Shown here: piece after piece, positions 10,269-19,162 of the stretch
Position numbering within the stretch: the first letter of the stretch is position 1
How the letters are laid out: every line of letters begins with the position of its first letter
Origin: Planctomycetota bacterium
Lineage (GTDB): Bacteria; Planctomycetota; UBA8108; SXIK01
DNA: 64,000 nucleotides
NCBI GenBank assembly: GCA_965223265.1
Contig: OZ244999.1
Location: 448,001 to 512,000 of the forward strand
Reading direction: 5' to 3'
Made by a program: the position numbers and the translations under genes
Notes under the pieces: generated by a model
The model's input: the letters and a program-made list of their open reading frames with translations, nothing else
Told to the model about the DNA's origin: nothing
Database searches by the model: none

Positions 10269-11478
10269 CGAAACCGGATCGGAGCCGGAGCAGCCGGAGC
10301 AGCAGGGGATGGCGACACGGGCCATTCACTCAGGTCGCGAGCTTCACGATGCGACGCCTTTGGTGCCGCCGATTTACCAGTCAACAACCTTTGCGCTCTC
10401 TTCGGCCGCCGAAGGCGCTGCCATGGCGGTTGCCACGAGACCGACGGATTTCTACACGCGCTGGGGAAATCCCACGATTCGCGCTGCTGAAAACGTGGCG
10501 GCGAGTCTGGAGGGCGTAGAGGCGGCGCTCGCAGTCTCGTCAGGGATGGCCGCCTTGACTCTCGTTGTCTTCTCTCACCTGGACGCAGGTGACCATCTCG
10601 TCATCGGCGAATCGATCTACTCCGGCGTGCAGGAGATAGCGACGTCGGTACTGCCGCGCTACGGCATCGAAGCGACGCGCGTCGATAGCCGCGACGTTCA
10701 CGCGATCGAGGCGGCGCTGCGGGCCGACACGCGTTTGATTCTTGTTGAGTCTCCGACTAATCCGACGCTCGACCTGTGCGATCTCCGCCGTCTTGCGGAT
10801 CTTGGGAAACGTCGAGGCATCGCTACAGCAGTCGACAATACGTTCGCCACCCCGGTGCTTCAGAGACCTCAGGAGCTCGGCATCGATACGGTTGTCCATT
10901 CGGCGACGAAGTATCTCGGCGGACACTCCGATGTCACCGGCGGCCTTGTGTGCAGTTCGAAGGAAAACATCGAACGCGCCTGGAAGCTCCTTAAGCTCTT
11001 CGGCAGTTGTCTGAGCCCGTTCGAAGCATGGTTGCTACAGCGTGGCATGAAGACTCTCACTCTACGTGTCGAACGACAGAGCCGTACTGCCCTCGAGCTT
11101 GCACGTTTCCTGGAGACACACCCGCGGGTTGAACGCGTCCACTATCCTGGGCTGGAGTCCCACCCGCAGCACGCTCTGGCGCGACTCCAGATGCAAGGCT
11201 TCGGCGGTATGCTCGCATTCGAAGTTGACGGCGGCTACGATGCCGGTAAGGCGGTCGCGGAGTCGCTCCAGGTGATTCAGCTTGCCGTCAGCCTTGGGGG
11301 CGTGGAATCGATCATTCAGCATCCGGCGTCCATGTCGCACGGAATGCTGGCGGAGGACGCGCGGCGGGCTGCACGCATCACTCCGGGGCTCTTGAGACTT
11401 TCAGTCGGCCTCGAAGCGGTAGAGGACCTACAACGCGACCTTGAACGCGCGCTTCTCGCCGTGGTGAATCGTTCGTGA
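10252..11478 (+). CDS. PLP-dependent trans-sulfuration enzyme (methionine gamma-lyase / cystathionine gamma-synthase family)
   Basis: PPIYQSTTF, YTRWGNPT, DNTFATP, HSATKYLGGHSD PLP lysine, RLSVGLE. Confidence 0.93.
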   Translation: MTKERDETGSEPEQPEQQGMATRAIHSGRELHDATPLVPPIYQSTTFALSSAAEGAAMAVATRPTDFYTRWGNPTIRAAENVAASLEGVEAALAVSSGMAALTLVVFSHLDAGDHLVIGESIYSGVQEIATSVLPRYGIEATRVDSRDVHAIEAALRADTRLILVESPTNPTLDLCDLRRLADLGKRRGIATAVDNTFATPVLQRPQELGIDTVVHSATKYLGGHSDVTGGLVCSSKENIERAWKLLKLFGSCLSPFEAWLLQRGMKTLTLRVERQSRTALELARFLETHPRVERVHYPGLESHPQHALARLQMQGFGGMLAFEVDGGYDAGKAVAESLQVIQLAVSLGGVESIIQHPASMSHGMLAEDARRAARITPGLLRLSVGLEAVEDLQRDLERALLAVVNRS

Positions 11479-11645
11479 CCTTGACGCCGACGTTCCTTCT
11501 TCCGTCTACTACGATGTCGGCTGATCGAGTCGCGTCCGCCGCGGTGCGGCAGCGCGCAGCGCCGCGCCGCGCCGCACCGCACGATGCGAGGTACCCTTCA
11601 TCCCGCCATGCACCAGGAGCCCTTCGGGACCTAGGAAAGATCGTC

Positions 11646-12068
11646 ATGGATAACTTTGTTGCCGACATGATTTTCGTGGACGCGCCAGCGGAGCGGGTGT
11701 ACCGCGCGCTGGTCGAGCCGGACGAGCTCCTCGAGTGGCTGAGCGTCGACGAGGCCGTCGTCGGTGCCTGGCCGGAAGGAGAGTATCGCGTTCGCTGGAG
11801 CGACGGCGCCGAGCTTCGGGGAGAGGTGCAAGCTCTTTTGCCGCAGACCGGAGTCACGCTGCGGGACGTCTACTGGACGGCAGAGGGTGAATCGCGCGGG
11901 CCGAGCCGCCTCAACTTCGTCTTGCGGGAAGAAGGGGGCGGCGTTTGGTTGACGGTTCGCCATGAAGACCTCGACCAGGGTCCGATGTGGGAGACTTTTG
12001 CGCAGCACATGCGCCGCTGTTGGGTCGACGCCACGGTGGCTCTGAAACGTCATGTGGAGCAGATCTGA
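11646..12068 (+). CDS. SRPBCC/AHSA1 domain protein
   Basis: IFVDAPAERVYRALVEPDELLEW pattern and C-terminal W...LK helix. Confidence 0.8.
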   Translation: MDNFVADMIFVDAPAERVYRALVEPDELLEWLSVDEAVVGAWPEGEYRVRWSDGAELRGEVQALLPQTGVTLRDVYWTAEGESRGPSRLNFVLREEGGGVWLTVRHEDLDQGPMWETFAQHMRRCWVDATVALKRHVEQI

Positions 12069-12179
12069 GCGGTGCATCATCGACGCTCGACGCATCGACG
12101 TGTCGGAGGCGGCCCTGTGACGACGACGCGCGTGGCGTGAAGCTGCTCCGGTCGCGAGCGAATCGCTGTTGAAAGACCT

Positions 12180-13562
12180 ATGAAGCGACAGTTTGAAGTA
12201 GAACCTCTGGTCGTTCAGGTTGCCGAGTCAATTCGTGACGCCGGCGGGACCGCTCTTCTCGTCGGAGGCTGGATTCGTGATCGCCTTCTCGATTTGCCGT
12301 CGAAGGACTACGATTTCGAGGTTTACGGACTGACACTCGAGCGACTGGAGAAGGAACTCGCTCGTTACGGAGAGGTGATCGCCGTTGGGCGAGCGTTCGG
12401 CGTCTTTCGCGTCAAGGGGCTGGACATTGATTTCTCGATTCCACGTCGCGATTCAAAGACCGGGAGGGGGCACCGTGGCTTTCTTGTCGAGCTCGACCCG
12501 TCGCTCGACCTCGCGACCGCGGCGCGTCGCCGAGATTTGACCATCAACAGCATCGCCTACGATCCTCTGACTGGTGACGTACTGGATCCCCATCGAGGAC
12601 TCGAGGACCTCGAAGCTGGTGTCCTGCGTGCAACGGATCCCAGTCGGTTTGCGGAGGATTCCCTGCGAGGGCTGCGTGTGGCTCAGTTCGTGGCGCGCTT
12701 TGAGATGCAACCCGACGCCGAGCTGCACCGGCTGTGCGGCGCGCTCGATCTTTCCGACCTTCCGGGCGAGCGTCTCTTCGCGGAACTACGGAAGCTACTT
12801 CTGAAAGGAACGCGGCCGTCGAGCGGGCTTGAATTCATGAGAACCACTGGGTTGCTGGCGATCTTCCCGGAGCTCGAAGCCATGATCGGAGTGCCGCAGG
12901 ATCCGCAGTGGCATCCAGAAGGGACGGTGTGGGAGCACACACTGTTGGTCGTCGACGAAGCCGCCTCGGCGCGTCGCGGGGACGAAGACGATTTGCCGCT
13001 GCTCCTGGGCGCGCTGTGCCACGACCTGGGGAAGCCACCGACGACTGTTTGCGTCGATGGGCGGGTCCGGTCTCCGGAGCACGACGAAGTCGGCGTGCCT
13101 CTGACCGAGTCGTTCTTAAACCGCCTCCGCGCACCACATGACCTCATCGCAAAAGTGTGCGCGTTGGTGCGACACCACTTGGCTCCTGCTAGCCTGGTCA
13201 AAGGTGGCGCCAAGGATCGCGGTTACCGCCGTTTGGCGCGGCGTCTTTCGAAAGCTGGTGTCGACTCCCAGCTTCTGTACCGCCTTGCTAGGTGTGATCA
13301 CTTCGGTCGCACGACGCCGGACGCATTGGCGCGGGAGTTTGAGTTTGGTGACGACTTTCTGCGGCGTATGGAGGATCTTTCGATCGCAGCGCATGCTGAC
13401 CCTGACGTCGTCCTCGGTCGACATCTGATCGAGCGTGGCTTCAAACCGGGTCCCTGGTTTGGGAACGTCCTGAAGGTTTGCCGCGAGATTCAAGACGACA
13501 CGGGTTGGAGGAACCACGACCGGATTCTCGACCGTGCGCTAGAGCAGATCGACGCACCTTGA
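12180..13562 (+). CDS. cca: CCA tRNA nucleotidyltransferase (class II) with HD domain
   Basis: LVGGWIRD, DYD, RRDLTIN, FAEDSLR, WHPEG..HT, LCHDLGK. Confidence 0.9.
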   Translation: MKRQFEVEPLVVQVAESIRDAGGTALLVGGWIRDRLLDLPSKDYDFEVYGLTLERLEKELARYGEVIAVGRAFGVFRVKGLDIDFSIPRRDSKTGRGHRGFLVELDPSLDLATAARRRDLTINSIAYDPLTGDVLDPHRGLEDLEAGVLRATDPSRFAEDSLRGLRVAQFVARFEMQPDAELHRLCGALDLSDLPGERLFAELRKLLLKGTRPSSGLEFMRTTGLLAIFPELEAMIGVPQDPQWHPEGTVWEHTLLVVDEAASARRGDEDDLPLLLGALCHDLGKPPTTVCVDGRVRSPEHDEVGVPLTESFLNRLRAPHDLIAKVCALVRHHLAPASLVKGGAKDRGYRRLARRLSKAGVDSQLLYRLARCDHFGRTTPDALAREFEFGDDFLRRMEDLSIAAHADPDVVLGRHLIERGFKPGPWFGNVLKVCREIQDDTGWRNHDRILDRALEQIDAP

Positions 13563-13596
13563 GAGACGTTGGGGCTGCGAGCAGGAACGCGGACGA

Positions 13597-14601
13597 TCAG
13601 TTGCGCGCCGCTCCGATGCCGCTGCCACTGCGTTTGGTGGGGAACCGCCGCGTCAGAGTCACTACGTAGCGTTCGCCTTGAAGTCGACGGGCCGCTGTAT
13701 GCAGTAGATCCTCGAGTACCTGCGCTGGCGTGGGTCCGCTTCCAGGGTCGGCACCGCGAAGGTCCGTCGGCGCGGATTTGACGAGATCGAGCAGCGTGAC
13801 GCGCTGATTTGGTGGCAACGGCGAGCGGCGGGCGCCGTTGACGGCAACGCGCCAGCCTACCACCCGGGCCGTGATTTCGAGGCATTCGAGAATCGAACGT
13901 CCGCGCACGCGATGCGTGAGCCTGAGGAGATCAGATCGACCCGCGTCGACCGCAAAATCTGCCCCGGCCAGATCGCAGAGCTCTTCAAGGATCTCTGTGA
14001 GCGTGCGAGATCGACCCTCGAAGTGATCCAGCTGGCGATTCAAAGGGTGTTCGATCTCGACATAGCTGAGCGTTTCGAAATCGAGCTCACTCAGGCGTCG
14101 CGGCTGCACTCGGTAGCGAACTGGACGGTCTTTTACGTGGACGAGTTGCAGATCGCTGGATCCCGTCTCGGCGCTGTCAGGGTCCTTGTCGCGCGCCGCC
14201 TCTTCTCGCAGCGTCCAGCGATCTTCGCCGCGTCTCACCTCGCTGGATCCGTCGGCTGCCAACACCTTCATGTACGACGCGGTGTGGATAGTGGCGTTCA
14301 GATTCCACTGCATTTCCCAGTCGGCCACAACCGCCGCGACGTCTTCAGGGCGAAGCGCAGTGGCGGCGCGAAACGATGGACTTGGACGGAGAACGTCCAA
14401 AAAGTCATCGACGGCCTTTTTGGGTGCAATGTGGAGCTCACTCGACTCGCTGGTTCGAGAGGCGGTGGACATACGTGGCCAACCCTCGTAGGTAGAGTTG
14501 CGTGCTCGCGTTCGTCGTTTGACGAATAGTTCCTTTTCCTGCGTTCGGCGTTTCGCCGTCTGCTGAAGATCTCTATACACGCGCGAAGCCATTCTGTCCA
14601 C
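13597..14601 (-). CDS. Hypothetical protein
   Basis: 334-aa ORF filling the gap between cca and the M20 gene; start uncertain. Confidence 0.5.
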   Translation of the reverse strand: MDRMASRVYRDLQQTAKRRTQEKELFVKRRTRARNSTYEGWPRMSTASRTSESSELHIAPKKAVDDFLDVLRPSPSFRAATALRPEDVAAVVADWEMQWNLNATIHTASYMKVLAADGSSEVRRGEDRWTLREEAARDKDPDSAETGSSDLQLVHVKDRPVRYRVQPRRLSELDFETLSYVEIEHPLNRQLDHFEGRSRTLTEILEELCDLAGADFAVDAGRSDLLRLTHRVRGRSILECLEITARVVGWRVAVNGARRSPLPPNQRVTLLDLVKSAPTDLRGADPGSGPTPAQVLEDLLHTAARRLQGERYVVTLTRRFPTKRSGSGIGAARN

Positions 14602-14674
14602 CGCGTGGCATCATTCTCGGAACTTGGCCGAATGCGGCTGGGCCCATGCTGTACACGAATCGACGGACAAGCTG

Positions 14675-15697
14675 CTAGCCTGAAGCGCTGCGGGCGAGAA
14701 GGCGTTCGACGATACTGACATACGCGTCGGTTGCCCGCAGCATCGCCGACTTCTCGATCTTTTCCGTCGCGGTGTGTGCGTCAAGAATCGAGCCCGGGCC
14801 AAAGAGGATCGGTTTTCCGACAGCGCTCAGCGATGGAACATCGGTGCCGAACGAAACGACCGTCTCCGGGAAACCGCTCAAGCGCTCCAGTCGATGCGGT
14901 GGCATGCGCAGCCAGAAATCGAGCTCGACGTGATCGTCAGCGGAGCCATCGGCGTTGCGAAAGCACGCTTCTACCCTCTGGATGACGTCCTCGACTCTGC
15001 CAACGATCCGAATCATCAGAGACGCCTCGGCCTGCGATGCGAGGACGTTGTGGATGACCCCACCACTTAGGGTGCCGATGTTGAGGGTTGCGTCACCCAA
15101 GACCGGGTCCGATCCGAGGTCGACTCGACGAAGTCTCTCAAGACCGGTGAGCAGGCGGTGGATCGCGCTGTCCCCTTGTTCCGGATAGGCGGAATGGCAT
15201 GCCGTTCCCTGCACTCTAATCGACACGGCCACCGCCCCTTTGTGGCCAACGGCGATCTTCTCCTCGGTGGGCTCGCCAACGATCAGATACTCACACCTGA
15301 CGTGCTCGTTGGCCACCCGCGCGCCCGCGTTGTCGACCTCTTCACCAACGACGAAAAGATAGCCGAAATCAGAAACTCCACGGGCGAGGAGCCGGCGGCC
15401 AGCCTCCAGCATACAGGCCGCAATTCCCTTCGTATCACAGGCGCCGCGCCCATAGAGGAAGGTGTCATCTTCGCCGAGGGGCACGTGGGGCGGCACGGTA
15501 TCGGTGTGCGTGCAGAAGAGAACACGGGCGTTCTGTGGTCCGGCGAGCAGATTTCGGCGTCCCGGTTCAACCTGTTGCGAGGAGACCGGCAGCCCCATCT
15601 CGACGAGCGCCGACTCAAGGTATCGAGTGACGGGTTCCTCGTTGCCGGTACAAGATTCAATGCCGATCAGGTCGCGGGCTTGTTGGAAGATCTGCAT
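14675..15697 (-). CDS. M20 family metallopeptidase (acetylornithine deacetylase-like)
   Basis: THTDTVP, GRGACDTKG, VGEE, GEPT, AHTATE motifs. Confidence 0.9.
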   Translation of the reverse strand: MQIFQQARDLIGIESCTGNEEPVTRYLESALVEMGLPVSSQQVEPGRRNLLAGPQNARVLFCTHTDTVPPHVPLGEDDTFLYGRGACDTKGIAACMLEAGRRLLARGVSDFGYLFVVGEEVDNAGARVANEHVRCEYLIVGEPTEEKIAVGHKGAVAVSIRVQGTACHSAYPEQGDSAIHRLLTGLERLRRVDLGSDPVLGDATLNIGTLSGGVIHNVLASQAEASLMIRIVGRVEDVIQRVEACFRNADGSADDHVELDFWLRMPPHRLERLSGFPETVVSFGTDVPSLSAVGKPILFGPGSILDAHTATEKIEKSAMLRATDAYVSIVERLLARSASG

Positions 15698-15770
15698 GTG
15701 GCGGTCGTCGCTCGAGCGCGACTGGTGCGATGGTGCCCGAAAGGCTGTCGACACGGGCTGGCGTGGCCGT

Positions 15771-16244
15771 CTACAGGTCGTCTGCGGTCACGCGGCGGTC
15801 GACCTCGTCGAGGTAAAGGTATTCAATGACTTGCTCTGACTCAGCCGACGCCAATGGTACGTAGAGCCCCGTCGATGTTGCGAAGACCCTGCCGTCGTGA
15901 TCGGTCACCTGCCCTTTCGTGCGTGTGGCTCGACTCCGGACTTCCGTCACCTCGGCGTCGACGCGCAGTTCTTTTCCTGCCGCAACCGGGAGGCGGTATT
16001 TGATCTGCAGGTCGATCGAGTAACACAGGCGGCCGTAGTGCGAGGCTGGTGCCCACGCCATGGCTTCGTCGAGGATTGAGGCGATCACGCCACCGTGGAT
16101 TCGATCGCGGTAGCCGCAGTGCTTGGCGTGCGGCGTCCAGGCGCAGGTGACACGAACGCCATCACGATAGAACTGCATGCTGAGACCGGCGGAGTTGGCG
16201 TCGCCGCAAACGAAGCACTCTTTGTAACGCGGTAACTTGACCAT
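15771..16244 (-). CDS. PaaI family hotdog-fold thioesterase
   Basis: CFVCG..N..GL and HGGVIASILDEAM motifs. Confidence 0.88.
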   Translation of the reverse strand: MVKLPRYKECFVCGDANSAGLSMQFYRDGVRVTCAWTPHAKHCGYRDRIHGGVIASILDEAMAWAPASHYGRLCYSIDLQIKYRLPVAAGKELRVDAEVTEVRSRATRTKGQVTDHDGRVFATSTGLYVPLASAESEQVIEYLYLDEVDRRVTADDL

Positions 16245-16351
16245 TTCGTCGTTCTTAACGGTTCAGCTTGACTCAAACGATTGGCTCTCTACAATACGAG
16301 CCGTCGTCGTGGCGATGCCAAAGAAAACCTTTGAGCTGGAGGGCCGAAGAG

Positions 16352-16870
16352 ATGTTCGTTCTCTCCTTCATTCGCGGCCTCTACCGAGCGTTCGGTGTCG
16401 ACGCCTCTCCCACCGCGATCGCCCTCGGTATCGCCTTCGGTTGTGTGGCCGGAAGTGTACCCCTGACATCGCGCGCGGGGATCCTTTTCGTCCTTTTGAT
16501 TGCGGTCGTACGTGTCCAAGCGCGTGCCGCGATCTTGGCGTGGGGCCTTATGCGATTGGCTTCACTTGCGGGGTTCAGCGCGCTTTTCAATGCTGTCGGC
16601 CATTCGGTTCTTTACGCTGAGGGGCTGCGCGGCTTTTGGGTCTGGTTCCTTAATCTGCCAGTCGTCGCATGGCTGGAGCTCGAACGCGAGGCCATCTTGG
16701 GAGGAATCCTCTTGGGGGGCGCTGTCGGTGCACTGCTTTTCGTGCCGATTCGCTATAGCGTCATTGCCTACCGGCGCTGGGCGGAGGACCGATTGAAGCA
16801 GAGCAAGTTCTTCAAGTGGCTGGTCAATTTCTGGGTGATCCGCATCCTCCGGTTCGTTTTTGTTGGTTGA
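16352..16870 (+). CDS. Membrane protein, TIGR03546/DUF2062-like
   Basis: SPTAIALGIAFG and NLPVVAW pattern; precedes an AsmA-like gene. Confidence 0.7.
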   Translation: MFVLSFIRGLYRAFGVDASPTAIALGIAFGCVAGSVPLTSRAGILFVLLIAVVRVQARAAILAWGLMRLASLAGFSALFNAVGHSVLYAEGLRGFWVWFLNLPVVAWLELEREAILGGILLGGAVGALLFVPIRYSVIAYRRWAEDRLKQSKFFKWLVNFWVIRILRFVFVG

Positions 16871-16878
16871 GTGACGCC

Positions 16879-18384
16879 ATGAATCCGATTCGCTGGATCC
16901 GATGGAAAGTTGTTTTCGTGTTGGCCGCGCTCTTTCTGGTGGTGTGGTTCATCGGCGTGGATCAGTTCCTGTTGAAGGCCGTCAACAGCTCGGGGCGCGA
17001 TTCCAAGGCGGCTCGTTGGAGCGTTGCGGACCTCGCCCTCGGTCTGCTCGGTGGCGACGTGAAGCTGCAGCAGCTGTTGGTCGCGACGCCGCAGCAGGTC
17101 GCTTCAGATGCGTCAACGGACGGCGCGGCAACTGTGGCAGCCGCCGAGGCTCAAGGCGCCGAGACTGATCAGGAGCGCGTCTTCGCCGCGGAGCGACTCG
17201 AGGTCAATACATCGATGGTTGAGCTTCTTCGAGGGCGTTACGTGCTCGACGAAGTGATCGTCCACGTGCCGAGACTGACGATCGAGCGGCGGCCGGATGG
17301 CTCGACGAACGTTGGCGATCTCGGCGAGGCGGAAGCGCCAGAGGAGGTCGAACCGCCCAAGGAGTCGACGGATTGGCTTGAGGTCGTCAAAAAGTGGCAC
17401 GAGCGCCTTGAGAAGTGGAAAAAGCGTCTCCCCAAAGGTGACGGCGAGGACGAAGAGGCTGAGGAGGAGGCTGGTGGCGAGACGGAAACGGACAGAAGTG
17501 GTGGGTTCGCGGATTACTCGAAACGGGCGAAGTTTCCCTTCGCGCAGCGAGCCGGAGTGGTGGCTCGCACCGTCGAGTTGAAGGGGCTTCAGATTGACTT
17601 TGCCGACGACGACTCGGGTAAGAAGTTGCCTCCTCTCGTCGATGCCGAGGCGACGATCACCGGCCTTTCGAGTCGCCCAAGTGTCCACGACAGCCCGACG
17701 CAGATTCGGCTACGTGGCAAGATCGCAGGCGCAGAGATCCGGCTCGACACCGACGTCGATCTTCGCGGCGCGGCGAACCTCTTTAAGTTTTCGTTCGACG
17801 CCGAAGGGTTGCCGGCAGCGCTTGTCGAGGCGTTTGTGGGTGAGTCGCTGCCCGTGTCGCTGCGCGAAGGATTGGTGTCGCTGCGCGCCGATATCAAGAT
17901 CGAAGGTGACTCAGTGCTCGAAGTGACGCCGCGCCTAGCGCTCAAAGGAGTGCAGGTCGCTACCAAAGATGGGCACGACAGGGTTGCAGGTTTTCCGGCA
18001 GAGAAATTCGTCGGCACGCTCAACGACGCGTCGTCGGAGCTTGATGAACTGGTCATCGACGATCTCAGGATCACAGGCTCACTGCGCGCGCCGCGCTTCG
18101 AGTGGGGGCAGACGCTGCAGGATCTAATCGTGATGGGAGGGCAGGCCTTCGCGCGTAAGCAGATCGCCGCCGGCGTAGCGCGCGGGCAGGAGCTCCTCGG
18201 ACGTGAGGGTGAAAAGATCCGCGAGCAGCTCGAAAAGTCCGGGCTCCCCAAGGGGCTCAAGGATGGGCTCAAAGAGATCGGGGAGGAGCTTCCCGAGGCT
18301 GGGGAGTCGCTCGAGAAGGCTGCAGGAGGCCTTCTCAAGCGGGGCCTTTTCGGCGACCGTGAGGACGACAGCGAGAAGAAGTAG
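16879..18384 (+). CDS. AsmA/DUF748-like membrane-anchored protein
   Basis: N-terminal TM anchor (IRWKVVFVL), beta-rich body, PRLTIERRPDGSTN motif. Confidence 0.65.
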   Translation: MNPIRWIRWKVVFVLAALFLVVWFIGVDQFLLKAVNSSGRDSKAARWSVADLALGLLGGDVKLQQLLVATPQQVASDASTDGAATVAAAEAQGAETDQERVFAAERLEVNTSMVELLRGRYVLDEVIVHVPRLTIERRPDGSTNVGDLGEAEAPEEVEPPKESTDWLEVVKKWHERLEKWKKRLPKGDGEDEEAEEEAGGETETDRSGGFADYSKRAKFPFAQRAGVVARTVELKGLQIDFADDDSGKKLPPLVDAEATITGLSSRPSVHDSPTQIRLRGKIAGAEIRLDTDVDLRGAANLFKFSFDAEGLPAALVEAFVGESLPVSLREGLVSLRADIKIEGDSVLEVTPRLALKGVQVATKDGHDRVAGFPAEKFVGTLNDASSELDELVIDDLRITGSLRAPRFEWGQTLQDLIVMGGQAFARKQIAAGVARGQELLGREGEKIREQLEKSGLPKGLKDGLKEIGEELPEAGESLEKAAGGLLKRGLFGDREDDSEKK

Positions 18385-18658
18385 ACGAGGAACGGGCGTC
18401 ACCCTCATGGCGGCGCGAGGCGTGCGAGCCCGACCGTACCCACTCGCCGACCATACCCATTCGCGGGCCTTATTCGTTTCGCGTTGCTGCACGGCTTCCG
18501 TCGACGGTCGAAGTGGAGACGACGATCGTGCACACCTGGGTGGGGGCGTTTGTTGTCCGTCGCCGCGTGGGGATGACTGATTCCGACCCGTCGTCACTGG
18601 CGCCCTCAAGGATGTGCTACAATCACGGCGTAAGTTGGTCCCTCAACCGCAGGAGAGC

Positions 18659-19162
18659 ATGCAATTCCTTGTCGCAGGCCTTGCGGGAGTGGTTGTCGGC
18701 GGTGTGGCCACCGCGGTTCTGCTCCTCTTCTTATTCCAGAAACGCCTCGATCGCGATCTTGTCGAGCGGCAGCTGCGCGTCTGTCTCGAGTACCAGGAAG
18801 CCGTTGCGGCCCTCGTCCGCGTCCTCGAAGCGCCAGGCCAGCCTGGCGATGTCGATCAGGCGCGCTGGACGTGGGAGCAATTTCGCCGCGAGTTTCGCCT
18901 GACGAGTTGGGTGCTGCGGCCGCAGCTGCAGCAACAAATGGAGAGAGTCATCGTCGACCTCCAGAGTGAGTTCGATCGCCTCGGCGATCACGCCAAGCCG
19001 CGCTTGGCTCAGACTGTTTGCGAACGCCAACGTCATCTTGCACGCCTCGTCGACCGTGAGCGCGATGCACTCGTGAGCGCCTTTCGACGGGCGCGCTACC
19101 TTCCCATCTCATCCGTGTCCGAGCCTGAGCATGCCGCCGGGGCGAAGGTCCATGACGCCTGA
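18659..19162 (+). CDS. Hypothetical protein with N-terminal TM helix
   Basis: AGGAG RBS, hydrophobic N-terminus, helical body. Confidence 0.65.
   Translation: MQFLVAGLAGVVVGGVATAVLLLFLFQKRLDRDLVERQLRVCLEYQEAVAALVRVLEAPGQPGDVDQARWTWEQFRREFRLTSWVLRPQLQQQMERVIVDLQSEFDRLGDHAKPRLAQTVCERQRHLARLVDRERDALVSAFRRARYLPISSVSEPEHAAGAKVHDA

Noticed and set aside
11555-11585. (GCGCC)n pentamer run upstream of the SRPBCC gene
   Set aside because: Short, low-complexity GC run with no supporting structure.
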